Below are positions 35,194 to 44,283 of a DNA stretch of 64,000 bases, piece after piece. The first letter of the stretch is position 1. Each line of letters begins with the position of its first letter. Location of the stretch: assembly GCA_964616855.1 (NCBI GenBank), contig CAZTUJ010000001.1, positions 3,872 through 67,871 on the forward strand. Reading direction: 5' to 3'. The notes beneath the pieces were generated by a model. It was not told where the DNA came from, searched no databases, and saw only the letters and a list, made by a program, of their open reading frames with translations. This stretch comes from an uncultured Gammaproteobacteria bacterium (GTDB taxonomy: Bacteria; Patescibacteriota; Patescibacteriia; Patescibacteriales; UBA12465). A program made the translations under genes and the position numbers.

Positions 35194-36345
35194 ATGTTGT
35201 GGTTAAATTTTATTCATCTTTATCAGCCTGCTAATAGCCCCTCTGTCCACATCAAAGAAGCGGTGGAGAAGAGTTATCTGCGTTTGACCCGTCTTTTAGA
35301 AGAGCATCCTGATTTATATTTTAGCGCTAATATCAGCGGCTGCCTTTTAGAACGTTTGCGGGATGAAGGCTTTACTGACCTCTTAGCGCGTTGGCGTTCT
35401 TTAGTGGCTTCAGGAAGATTGGAGTTAGTTGGCTCTGCCGCTTATCATGCTTTTTTGCCGTTATTGCCAGAGAAGGAAATTATTTATCAAATTCAGCGCC
35501 ATGAAGAGTTAACAGAAGAGATTTTAGGGGCGGTAGTTAAAGGTGGTGGTTTTTTCCTGCCGGAAATGGCCTATACTCCCGCTTTGGCCCAGTTAGTAAA
35601 AGCACAAGGCTATCGCTGGTTGATTTTAGACGAAGCCTCTTTACCGGCTGGCGCCGTGACTGAGGCGGGCGCTGCTTATTTAGATAATAATAGTGGCCTG
35701 CAAGTTTTAGTCCGTCAACGTGAACTTTCTAATTCTTACGCCCCTGATTTAATTCAAGCCCTTTTAGCCGAAGATAATCCTCAAGCTTTATTAGTGACCG
35801 CGACTGATGCCGAGCTCTATGGTTTGCGGCACGAAGATCCAACTGCGGAATTAGAGAAAATGGTAAAATTGCCCAATCTACATACAGAAACAATTTCTTT
35901 TTTCCTGAGTAAGGCTAAACCAGTTTCTATTACTTTTCGCTCCGCTTCTTGGGAGACACAGCGCCCGGATGATGATAGTCAAGTTTTCTTAGTCTGGAAT
36001 GATCGTCACAATCGTCTGCATCGTGACCTTTGGCGCTTGGTTAACTTGGCTTTAGTAGCTGGCGATAAATATCCGCAAGACCCTAATTATTTTTGGTATC
36101 GTTGGCATCTGGATCGGGGTTTGGCGAGTTGTGTTTTTTGGTGGGCCAGCGGTCGCGATTTCTTTAAGAATTTTGGGCCGAAAGCTTGGAACCCGGATGA
36201 AGTGGAAAATGGCATTAATGATTTAATTCGGGCTGTTCGTGCTTTGCAAAATCTGGCGAGCAGACGGGAGAAACTCTTAGCGGAAAAATTAGTTAATCGT
36301 ATTCGCGGACGCCTTTGGCGTCAGCATTGGCAGAAGTATTTTTAG
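35194..36345 (+). CDS. Minimal GH57-family-like glycoside hydrolase (383 aa)
   Basis: The ATG is 1 nt after the glgA stop. Motifs at GH57 conserved-region positions are FIHLYQP, GRLELVGS, FFLPEMAY and TATDAELYG. There is no long C-terminal domain. Confidence 0.6.
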   Translation: MLWLNFIHLYQPANSPSVHIKEAVEKSYLRLTRLLEEHPDLYFSANISGCLLERLRDEGFTDLLARWRSLVASGRLELVGSAAYHAFLPLLPEKEIIYQIQRHEELTEEILGAVVKGGGFFLPEMAYTPALAQLVKAQGYRWLILDEASLPAGAVTEAGAAYLDNNSGLQVLVRQRELSNSYAPDLIQALLAEDNPQALLVTATDAELYGLRHEDPTAELEKMVKLPNLHTETISFFLSKAKPVSITFRSASWETQRPDDDSQVFLVWNDRHNRLHRDLWRLVNLALVAGDKYPQDPNYFWYRWHLDRGLASCVFWWASGRDFFKNFGPKAWNPDEVENGINDLIRAVRALQNLASRREKLLAEKLVNRIRGRLWRQHWQKYF

Positions 36346-36380
36346 GAAATAATTATCATTTTTTTGTTTGGGAAAAATTT

Positions 36381-37424
36381 ATGAACAAGATTTTAACTCT
36401 GTTTGATGAAACTGCTGCCAAAAAATTATTAGAAAAAGAAGTGTTGCCCTTGTATCCGGAATTTAAGGATATTATTAGTTTGCAGATTAAGCCTTATAAA
36501 AAACTGATTTGGGAGACAACCTATCATGTCGTGATTGCTTATCGCGTGCTTTTTTCTAAGAAGACTGGCGGTGAGCAGAAGCTAGAAATTGTTTGCTCTG
36601 CTCATAGCAACGAACCGCGGGAAGTAGTTTTTAAAGTCCTATCTTTTCTTTGGTCTAGTGGTTTAGCTGATGATGAAATTGTTCTGCCTCGCCCTCTTTT
36701 TTATTCCCCGGAATTTAATGGTTCTTTTTATCGAGCGATTGCGGGTAAGAATTTACTAAACTTTATCAAGGAAAATGATCGGGCTAAGACAGAAAGAATG
36801 ATTCCTCAGGCGGCTCGCCTTTTAGCGCGTTTACACGCCTTGCCTTTGCCGGCGGATCTTAGTATTTTTAGTGATGATAATCGCTCCCTCCGTCACGTCG
36901 TTCCTGGGCGCGATTTAATTGTACGGGAAATTAAAGAGCGTTTTCATGGTGAGTTCGTTGATGATATTGCCTCCTTCTATGAAAATTTTATTATCGAGGA
37001 AGAATCGTTTTTTAATAATCAAAATCAGCGCTGGCTTATCCATGGTGATGCTCACCCAGAAAATATCATTGCGGTTGGCGGTCACAAGATTGGCGTTATT
37101 GATTTTACGGATTTTTGCCCAGCCGATTATGCTCGAGATTTAGGAGCCTTTCTGCAGCAGTTGGAGTATAAGATTGTCCGTAATCTTGATGATCCTCTTT
37201 TTGCCTCAGCGATGAAGCATCTTTTTCTTAAATCATATTTAGCGGAGTCATCAGAGAAGCTTGGTGCTTCGTTACAGGCACGTATTGATCTCTATTATAA
37301 TTGGACGGCTATTCGGACCGCGACTTTTTGGCTTTTGAAACACGAGTGCGAGCCGGATAAGGCCGCCGCTGCAATTGCTATGGTTAAAAATAATCTCAAC
37401 ACTAACCGCCATGCTCAAGATTAA
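36381..37424 (+). CDS. APH-fold phosphotransferase (aminoglycoside/sugar kinase-like)
   Basis: 347 aa with the Brenner motif HGDAHPENII and the metal-binding IDFTDF. The substrate is unknown. Confidence 0.7.
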   Translation: MNKILTLFDETAAKKLLEKEVLPLYPEFKDIISLQIKPYKKLIWETTYHVVIAYRVLFSKKTGGEQKLEIVCSAHSNEPREVVFKVLSFLWSSGLADDEIVLPRPLFYSPEFNGSFYRAIAGKNLLNFIKENDRAKTERMIPQAARLLARLHALPLPADLSIFSDDNRSLRHVVPGRDLIVREIKERFHGEFVDDIASFYENFIIEEESFFNNQNQRWLIHGDAHPENIIAVGGHKIGVIDFTDFCPADYARDLGAFLQQLEYKIVRNLDDPLFASAMKHLFLKSYLAESSEKLGASLQARIDLYYNWTAIRTATFWLLKHECEPDKAAAAIAMVKNNLNTNRHAQD

Positions 37425-37434
37425 TCGTAAATTA

Positions 37435-38838
37435 ATGAAGAAAAAAATTTTATTCTGCGCTGCTGAGGCGGTTCCTCTGGCTAAGGTTGGGGGCTTGGCC
37501 GATGTAGTTGGTTCTTTGCCGGCTGCTTTACGCGGGCAAGAAATTGACGCCCGCATTTTAATGCCGGCTCATAGCCTTATTTCTTTACGCGCACTTGGTG
37601 CAAAAAAATTAGCATCATTTATTGTCAGGGTCGGTGTTAAAAAAGAAAGTGTCGGTTTATATCAGGCACGGGTGCAAGGAACTACTTATTATTTATTACA
37701 GAATAAGAATTACTTTAGTGGTGAAGTTTATAGTGGTCATAGTGGTCCTAAATATTTATTTTTTTGTCGAGCAGCTTTAAGCTCTTTAGCTTATTTGTCT
37801 TTTTCTCCAGATATTATTCATGCCCACGATTTTCACGCCGCCCCTATTTTAACTGAGTTGAGCCGGCGACCACGTCTACAACGCCCGGGACTCGTGTTGA
37901 CGATTCATAATCTTCAGCATCAAGGCTGGATTGAAGCTTCTCAAATTACTACTTTTGGCTTTAATCTTGAAGATTTCCCCTTACTGGCAAAAAGCAAGGA
38001 AGACAATTCTTGGTTTAATTTGTTGGCGGCGGGCATTGCTTGTGCTGATAAAATAACGACAGTTAGTCCCAATTATGCGCGGGAAATCTTAACCCCCGCT
38101 TATGGTCAGGGGCTAGAATCACTTTTATTTTCCCGTCGGCGTGATTTAATTGGTATTTTAAATGGCATCAATATTGATGATTATAATCCGACAAAGGACA
38201 TCAATTTAGCAGTTAACTATGGTGATAAAAATTTAGCGGCGAGCAAAACTCTGCATAAGGAGGCCATTTGCTCCTACCTGCATTTAGAAAATAATTCTAT
38301 ACCTCTTTTAGTTTTTATTGCTCGCTTCTCTTGGCAGAAAGGTCTTGATTTATTTACGGTTGAGTCTTTGCGGGCTTTAGCTGAGAAGTATCCTTTTCAC
38401 TTAGTGTTACTAGGGAGTGGGGAAGAAAAATATGAAAGCTTGGTTTTGCATTTAGAGCAGAGCTTGCCGACAACGGTGCGCACTCTCATTGCCTTTGATG
38501 AGGTCTTGGCACGCAATCTATATGCCGCTGCCGATTATTTTCTTGTACCCTCTCAATTTGAACCCTGCGGTTTAACCCAAATGATTGCGATGCGCTATGG
38601 TGCCGTTCCGATCGTCAGGGCTACTGGTGGTTTGAAAGATACGGTGGTAGATAACGGTAACGGTCTAGTTTTTAAAGACTATTCCCCGGCAGCCTTGGTA
38701 GCAATTTTAGAAAAAGCTTTGCGCCTTTATTATCGCGATTATAAAAAATATCAAAGCCTGCAAGCTCAAGGCCGTCAGCAAGATTGGTCGTGGCGAGCCT
38801 CCGCGCCCGCTTATCGGCGTCTTTACGACTCTGTATAA
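37435..38838 (+). CDS. glgA: Glycogen/starch synthase (GT5), paralog 2
   Basis: 467 aa from MKKKILFCAAEAVPLAKVGGLADV, with a C-terminal PSQFEPCGLTQMIAMRYG. The ATG at 37411 is an alternative start that would overlap the kinase gene. Confidence 0.88.
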   Translation: MKKKILFCAAEAVPLAKVGGLADVVGSLPAALRGQEIDARILMPAHSLISLRALGAKKLASFIVRVGVKKESVGLYQARVQGTTYYLLQNKNYFSGEVYSGHSGPKYLFFCRAALSSLAYLSFSPDIIHAHDFHAAPILTELSRRPRLQRPGLVLTIHNLQHQGWIEASQITTFGFNLEDFPLLAKSKEDNSWFNLLAAGIACADKITTVSPNYAREILTPAYGQGLESLLFSRRRDLIGILNGINIDDYNPTKDINLAVNYGDKNLAASKTLHKEAICSYLHLENNSIPLLVFIARFSWQKGLDLFTVESLRALAEKYPFHLVLLGSGEEKYESLVLHLEQSLPTTVRTLIAFDEVLARNLYAAADYFLVPSQFEPCGLTQMIAMRYGAVPIVRATGGLKDTVVDNGNGLVFKDYSPAALVAILEKALRLYYRDYKKYQSLQAQGRQQDWSWRASAPAYRRLYDSV

Positions 38839-38851
38839 TTAATTTTTTAAA

Positions 38852-39883
38852 ATGATTAATAAAAAAATTAAGATTGCTCATATCCACGTTTGGGATCAGA
38901 CTAATAAGGGTGATTTTGCCATCGTCTTGGCGGTGCAAGAGTTATTGCGCTCGTCTTTTCCCCAGGCAGTAATTGTTGACTATCCAGTTGAAATTCTAAA
39001 AAAGAAGGACGTCTCTGCCTTAAAGAAATTAAATTCTGCGGATTTAATTGTGATGGGCGGCGGTGGTTTGTTTTATCGTTATTTTTTACCTTTTTCTCAA
39101 GAGATGATTGCTGGTTTAAAAAAACCTTTTATTATTTTTGGCGTTGGCTATATTCGAGAAGTGGGAGCTCCGGCTTTGAAAAAGGCCGAGCGTGATAGTA
39201 TTATTGCCTTAGCTCAGAAAGCTGCTTTGCTTGGTGTTAGGGAAAACTATACTAAGCGTTTTTTAGTGAAGTATGGATTAGCAGTTGATAAAATTAAAGT
39301 GATTGGTGACCCGGCTCTACTTTTATCTGAACTGCCGCCCCACTTGAAGCTCCGCCCAGGTTTTAAGCTTGGTTTAAATTTAAATTATTCTGGCTGGTTG
39401 GGTTTTGGCAAGTGGCGAGACGATATTCTTAGCTCTTATCGAGAAACAGCTGAATATTTTCAAAAGAATTTTCAGGCTTCTGTCTATTATCTTAAACATC
39501 ATCCAGGTGAAGAGGCAATTTACCCGGAGCTTAAGATTAAGAATTTGATACTTTTAGATGAGTCGCCCTCTCGACAGAAAGGGGCCTACGGCCAACTTGA
39601 TTTAGTGATTGGTATGATGTTACATTCTTGCGTAATGGCTGCGGGGGCACTGACACCAGAGATAAATGTGGCCTATGATCTACGCAATCGTAATTTTGCT
39701 CGTTTTCTCGGTTGTCCGGAATTAGTGGTGGAATTACCAGATTTGAAGAAGGGGCTTTTATTAAAGAGGGCGCGGGCTGTAGTTAAAGCTGGGAAAGAGT
39801 ATCGTCATCATTTGGATACTTTTCATAAACGCGTTTCTCGTCGTACCCATGATTTTTTAAGAGAAATTGAAAATTTAGTTTAG
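38852..39883 (+). CDS. Polysaccharide pyruvyl transferase family protein
   Basis: 343 aa. NKGDFAI, GGGGLF, VRENYT, GDPALLL and the MLHSCVMAAGALTP pattern match the PS_pyruv_trans (CsaB/WcaK-like) family as recalled. Confidence 0.7.
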   Translation: MINKKIKIAHIHVWDQTNKGDFAIVLAVQELLRSSFPQAVIVDYPVEILKKKDVSALKKLNSADLIVMGGGGLFYRYFLPFSQEMIAGLKKPFIIFGVGYIREVGAPALKKAERDSIIALAQKAALLGVRENYTKRFLVKYGLAVDKIKVIGDPALLLSELPPHLKLRPGFKLGLNLNYSGWLGFGKWRDDILSSYRETAEYFQKNFQASVYYLKHHPGEEAIYPELKIKNLILLDESPSRQKGAYGQLDLVIGMMLHSCVMAAGALTPEINVAYDLRNRNFARFLGCPELVVELPDLKKGLLLKRARAVVKAGKEYRHHLDTFHKRVSRRTHDFLREIENLV

Positions 39884-39905
39884 AATTTTTTTTAAATATT
39901 TTTTT

Positions 39906-40913
39906 ATGTCTGCTTCTCATTCTTCAGGATTCTGGCCGGTCTTAGCCGCTTTTGTTGGCAACGGCACGGTTTGTGTTGGTAAATTTGCTGGCTTTTTGGT
40001 TTCTGGTTCTAGTGCTATGTTTTCCGAAGCCATTCACAGTCTTGCTGACACCGCCAACCAGTCTCTATTGCTCGTTGGTTTAAAACGTTCACGACTAGCC
40101 GCTTCTCTAGAATATCCTTACGGACATGGTCGAGAGCGTTATATCTGGGCGCTGATTTCGGCTTGTGGTATTTTTTTTGTCGGTGCCGGTGTCACCGTTT
40201 ATCACGGCATCAGTTCTTTATGGCACCCCTCATCTTTTCGTTTTAGCTTCTGGCCGGTTTTGATTTTAATTGCTTCTTTTATTATTGAGAGCTTTACTTT
40301 GTGGTTGGCTTTTCGAGAATTACGCCGTAGTCATCCTACCGAGCGCTGGTCAAAAATATTTAAAAACGCTGATCCCACCACCCTCGCCATCGTTTATGAG
40401 GATGGCTTGGCTGTGTTTGGCGTTTTAATTGCTTTGCTTGCTTATTTATTAACGGAATATACGGGCAATCATTATTGGGATGCTGCCGGCTCCATCTTCA
40501 TCGGCGTTCTTTTGGGAGTGGCGGCGGTAATTTTGATTAATAAGAATCGGCATTATCTGGTGACCACCTCTATCCCCAAAGAAATGGAAGATCAGGTGAA
40601 GAAGATCTTAATGGCTGATCCCAGTATTGAAAAAGTGCTTGATTTTAAATCAGCCATTTTAGACGTGGATAAATATCTGATTAAATGTGACGTGGAGTTT
40701 AATGCCGCCGCCATGATTCAATATTTAGAGAAACACCATTTTCTTTCCCATGAGTATAAGGAAATTCAGGGTGATTACGAAGAATTTATGAAATTCTGTG
40801 TTGACTATATGGATCGGGTACCACGTTTAGTTGGCCGGAAGATTGATGAAATTGAAAAACGTATCCAGGAGCGCTTTCCCCAAATTGTTTTTATTGATAT
40901 TGAGATAAATTAA
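39906..40913 (+). CDS. Cation diffusion facilitator (CDF) family transporter
   Basis: 335 aa with the motif FSEAIHSLADTANQ in TM2, six predicted TM helices and a cytoplasmic C-terminal domain. Confidence 0.8.
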   Translation: MSASHSSGFWPVLAAFVGNGTVCVGKFAGFLVSGSSAMFSEAIHSLADTANQSLLLVGLKRSRLAASLEYPYGHGRERYIWALISACGIFFVGAGVTVYHGISSLWHPSSFRFSFWPVLILIASFIIESFTLWLAFRELRRSHPTERWSKIFKNADPTTLAIVYEDGLAVFGVLIALLAYLLTEYTGNHYWDAAGSIFIGVLLGVAAVILINKNRHYLVTTSIPKEMEDQVKKILMADPSIEKVLDFKSAILDVDKYLIKCDVEFNAAAMIQYLEKHHFLSHEYKEIQGDYEEFMKFCVDYMDRVPRLVGRKIDEIEKRIQERFPQIVFIDIEIN

Positions 40914-40930
40914 AGCGCCAATTTGGCGAT

Positions 40931-40959
40931 TTGAGCTTTTCGCCCCCTTTTTGTATAAT
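40931..40959 (+). promoter_or_regulatory. Sigma70 promoter with extended -10 upstream of ftsK
   Basis: TTGAGC (40931-40936), a 17-nt spacer ending in TG, then TATAAT (40954-40959). Confidence 0.65.
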
Positions 40960-41007
40960 GGAAGCGTAATTATTAATTGCGCCGCCATTTTCCGGGGCTT
41001 TACTTTT

Positions 41008-43581
41008 ATGGGTAGAAAAAAGAAAAATGCGAATAATCCCTTGGAGGCAATTAATTTGCCGAATTTTGAATTGGATACTCGAGCGAAGCGCAGTATCGGT
41101 ATTGTCTTAGTTTTTAGCTTTGGCCTTATTTCCTTACTCGGTCTCTTTGATCTTTCTGGACAAGTGGGTCTGTTTTTATCTAAATGGTTAACTTTGATTT
41201 TTGGTTTTGGCAAATGGCTGGTGCCTCTAGTCTTTCTTTTTTGGGGCGTTTTATTAGTGCGCAATAAAACAGTGGAAGTGAAATTTAGTGATTATTTGGG
41301 TTTGGTTCTGCTGTTTGTTTCTTATCAAACTTTATTTCATTTTTTCTTAAATCAGGAGCAGTGGCTTTCTAGTATTAAGGAGGGAATTGGCGGCGGTTAT
41401 GCTGGTTATTATTTCAGTCGGGCCACTTTTTATATTTTTGGTTTTTGGGGCGGGGTGATTATTTTGCTTGGCCTCTTTTTAGTTTCCTTGGTAATTGTCT
41501 TTAATACCTCCTTAGCTAAAATCATCGGCCGGGAAAGCTTTCTCGCTTCCATTTACAATGCCATTCGCCAAGCCTTTAAGGGTTTGTTTGCGGCTTCGCC
41601 GTTAGCTTCTGAAAAAGAGACTCTGGGTGCAGATTTGCTAACCCAAGCGCGGGAAGAAGTTTTAAGTACTTGGCAAAGCCGAGCCGTGAGCGCGGAAGAA
41701 GTGACCGCAGAAGAGGAGGCTTTGGCAGCGGAGGTGGCGGCTGTCCAGGAAAAATTGGCACATTCATCAAAAGAAAAAACTCAAGAGAAAATTGTTTTTC
41801 CAAAAAAGCAAATTAAGATTGATGTCCCTCTGGAATTGCTTAATGGTAAGGCGGGCCAAGCGGTTAGTGGCGACACCCAAGCCGGGGCGGCGAAGATTAA
41901 GCGCACTTTGGAAAACTTTGGCATCATGGTGGAGATGGCTGAGACTAAAGTCGGTCCGACCGTTACTCAATACACCTTTAAACCGGCGGAGGGAGTGAAA
42001 GTTTCCCGTATTATCACTTTGAATAATGATTTATCTTTAGCCTTAGCTGCTCACCCGATTAGAATTGAAGCACCAATTCCCGGGCAGTCTTTAGTGGGCG
42101 TAGAGGTACCTAATAAAGCTAAGGCGATTGTCGGCCTGAGGGAAATTTTAGAAGATAACGTTTTTAAGACGAGGAAGCATAACATGATGATTGCTTTAGG
42201 TAAGGACGTCTCTGGCACTTCTTGGATTTATGATTTAACGCGCATGCCTCACTTGCTAGTGGCTGGCGCTACTAACTCTGGTAAGTCTGTCTGTTTAAAT
42301 ACTATTATTATTTCTTTGCTTTATCAGAATAATCCTGGAGATTTGCGCTTTATTATGGTTGATCCCAAGCGAGTGGAGCTTCCTGCTTATAATGGCATTC
42401 CTCATTTATTAACTCCGGTTATTACTGAAGTTTCTAAAACCATTAATGCCTTGAAGTGGTGCTTAAATGAAATGGATCGTCGTTATGATATTTTGAATAA
42501 AGCCGGCAAGAAAAATATTCAGAGTTATAATAATGATAAGCCGGCAGAGAAATTACCTTACATTATTTTTATTATCGATGAGTTGGCAGATTTTATGATG
42601 ACCTCAGGCAAGGAAATGGAAGCGGCTATTATCCGTTTAGCACAGATGTCTCGAGCTGTTGGCATCCATTTAATTTTAGCAACCCAGCGACCAAGCGTGG
42701 ACGTTATTACTGGTTTAATTAAAGCGAACGTGCCTGCTCGCATTGCTTTCTCGGTGGCTTCTTTGGTTGACTCTAAAACTATTTTAGACATGAGTGGTGC
42801 CGAGAAATTATTAGGACAAGGAGACATGTTATTAACTACTGCTGAATTAGCAAAACCGAAGCGCATCCAGGGAGCTTATGTTAGTGACCAAGAAATTAAT
42901 GATGTTATCAGTTATATCAAAGAGAAGAGTGGTGAAGTCGATTATCTTGATGGCGTGACCGATCGCCAGAAAGTCGGCGGTGTGGCCGGTGTTGGCCTTG
43001 ATGGTACCCATGGCGATGAGGATGAATTAATGTCCGAAGCCCAGGAAATTATTATTAAAGCTGGTAAAGCCTCTACCTCTTTGTTGCAGCGTCGTCTTTC
43101 TATTGGCTATGGCCGGGCCGCGAAGATTTTGGATATGTTGGAAGACGCTGGTGTCATTAGTCCTTCTAATGGTTCTAAGCCCCGGGAGATTTTAATCAGT
43201 CGGGAACAGTTTGAGGAAATGCAAAATCAAGGTGTTAGCGCTATGCCTGTTCATCGTCGCGCTGAAGCTGCCGCCCCTTCCAGTTATCTCGACAGCGACG
43301 AAGGTGATGACGGCTCTTTAGCTTTTGTTTCTGGAGAAACTCCAGAGGAAGCGGAGATTGATGAAGAAGAGGCGCCGATAGCTGATGATGAACCTGATGC
43401 TGATAAAGATGAAGATATTCCTGCCTTCTTATTAGATAAAGATGGGCCTGATGATGATATCCAGAACGAGAACGAGATTCTTGAAGAAATTAAGCCAGCG
43501 CCAGCAGCTACTGTGACTAAAAAAGAAACGAAACCGCGAGTTTTTGATGAGGAGGATGATGGCATGTTTTTTAGTCGTTAG
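41008..43581 (+). CDS. ftsK: DNA translocase FtsK/SpoIIIE with long acidic C-terminal extension
   Basis: 857 aa from MGRKKKNANN. It has N-terminal TM helices, a motor domain with Walker A GATNSGKS, and a gamma winged-helix domain (LLQRRLSIGYGRAAKILDMLE). A D/E-rich tail of about 115 aa follows. Confidence 0.93.
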   Translation: MGRKKKNANNPLEAINLPNFELDTRAKRSIGIVLVFSFGLISLLGLFDLSGQVGLFLSKWLTLIFGFGKWLVPLVFLFWGVLLVRNKTVEVKFSDYLGLVLLFVSYQTLFHFFLNQEQWLSSIKEGIGGGYAGYYFSRATFYIFGFWGGVIILLGLFLVSLVIVFNTSLAKIIGRESFLASIYNAIRQAFKGLFAASPLASEKETLGADLLTQAREEVLSTWQSRAVSAEEVTAEEEALAAEVAAVQEKLAHSSKEKTQEKIVFPKKQIKIDVPLELLNGKAGQAVSGDTQAGAAKIKRTLENFGIMVEMAETKVGPTVTQYTFKPAEGVKVSRIITLNNDLSLALAAHPIRIEAPIPGQSLVGVEVPNKAKAIVGLREILEDNVFKTRKHNMMIALGKDVSGTSWIYDLTRMPHLLVAGATNSGKSVCLNTIIISLLYQNNPGDLRFIMVDPKRVELPAYNGIPHLLTPVITEVSKTINALKWCLNEMDRRYDILNKAGKKNIQSYNNDKPAEKLPYIIFIIDELADFMMTSGKEMEAAIIRLAQMSRAVGIHLILATQRPSVDVITGLIKANVPARIAFSVASLVDSKTILDMSGAEKLLGQGDMLLTTAELAKPKRIQGAYVSDQEINDVISYIKEKSGEVDYLDGVTDRQKVGGVAGVGLDGTHGDEDELMSEAQEIIIKAGKASTSLLQRRLSIGYGRAAKILDMLEDAGVISPSNGSKPREILISREQFEEMQNQGVSAMPVHRRAEAAAPSSYLDSDEGDDGSLAFVSGETPEEAEIDEEEAPIADDEPDADKDEDIPAFLLDKDGPDDDIQNENEILEEIKPAPAATVTKKETKPRVFDEEDDGMFFSR

Positions 43582-43586
43582 ATAGA

Positions 43587-44186
43587 ATGTTTATGAAAAA
43601 AATATTTTTTTCCAACTTTTTGATTTTAGGGGTTATTATTTATTTACTTGTATTAAAATTTCAACTTTTTTATTTATATTTTAATGAAAATATATTTATT
43701 AATAACTCAGTTTTTGTTTTATTTTATTCTTTGTTATTTTTGTTGGTTTTATTTTCATTATTACGTAATTATAAATATGTTTTTTCCGGTTATCAGGATG
43801 GTGATAAAAAGCCGCTAAAGCGCTTCAGATTATTTACGCTTTTTTGTGCTATTTGTACTTTTTTATTATTTATTTTTTCACTATTAGCACCGATTACTAA
43901 GTATAATTATATTCAAAGTGATTTTACTTTCTCTCCTGAAGAGCCTCGTGGCCTTCGCGATCCATTTTTTGTCAAAGAATTAAGGCTAATAGTTAAAAAT
44001 CCTTATCCAGAAGTGTCTGAAAGTAACTTTAATACTTTAATGAATCACTGTCGGCGCATCAACTCTTTAGAGGAGCCTGATAAATATTGTACTCGGTCAA
44101 TTATTTGTTCTTTTTCTTATTGTGGGTCGAATCTTGATTGCGCAAGTGTTTGTACTTTTATTTTACCTAATAAATCAAAAAAATAA
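43587..44186 (+). CDS. AT-rich orphan membrane protein with Cys-rich C-terminal region (199 aa)
   Basis: The ORF starts 5 nt after the ftsK stop. It has three F/L/I/Y-rich hydrophobic segments and then seven Cys in the last ~55 aa. Base composition is visibly more AT-rich than the neighbours. Confidence 0.55.
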   Translation: MFMKKIFFSNFLILGVIIYLLVLKFQLFYLYFNENIFINNSVFVLFYSLLFLLVLFSLLRNYKYVFSGYQDGDKKPLKRFRLFTLFCAICTFLLFIFSLLAPITKYNYIQSDFTFSPEEPRGLRDPFFVKELRLIVKNPYPEVSESNFNTLMNHCRRINSLEEPDKYCTRSIICSFSYCGSNLDCASVCTFILPNKSKK

Positions 44187-44283
44187 TAAAGATGGGATAT
44201 AGTTCTATAAGATTTTCAGTTTTTAGGCTGAATTTTTTTGTATAGTTTTTTCTTTTCTCTCTTTCTTGTTATACTGTAGAAGC

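Noticed and set aside
37272-37556. 94-aa minus-strand ORF at the kinase/glgA-2 junction
   Set aside because: It is antisense to two well-supported coding regions and has no independent signals.
40827-41264. 145-aa minus-strand ORF spanning the CDF-ftsK junction
   Set aside because: It is antisense to two confident genes and crosses the ftsK promoter. The product is highly basic and low-complexity, typical of an AT-rich antisense frame.
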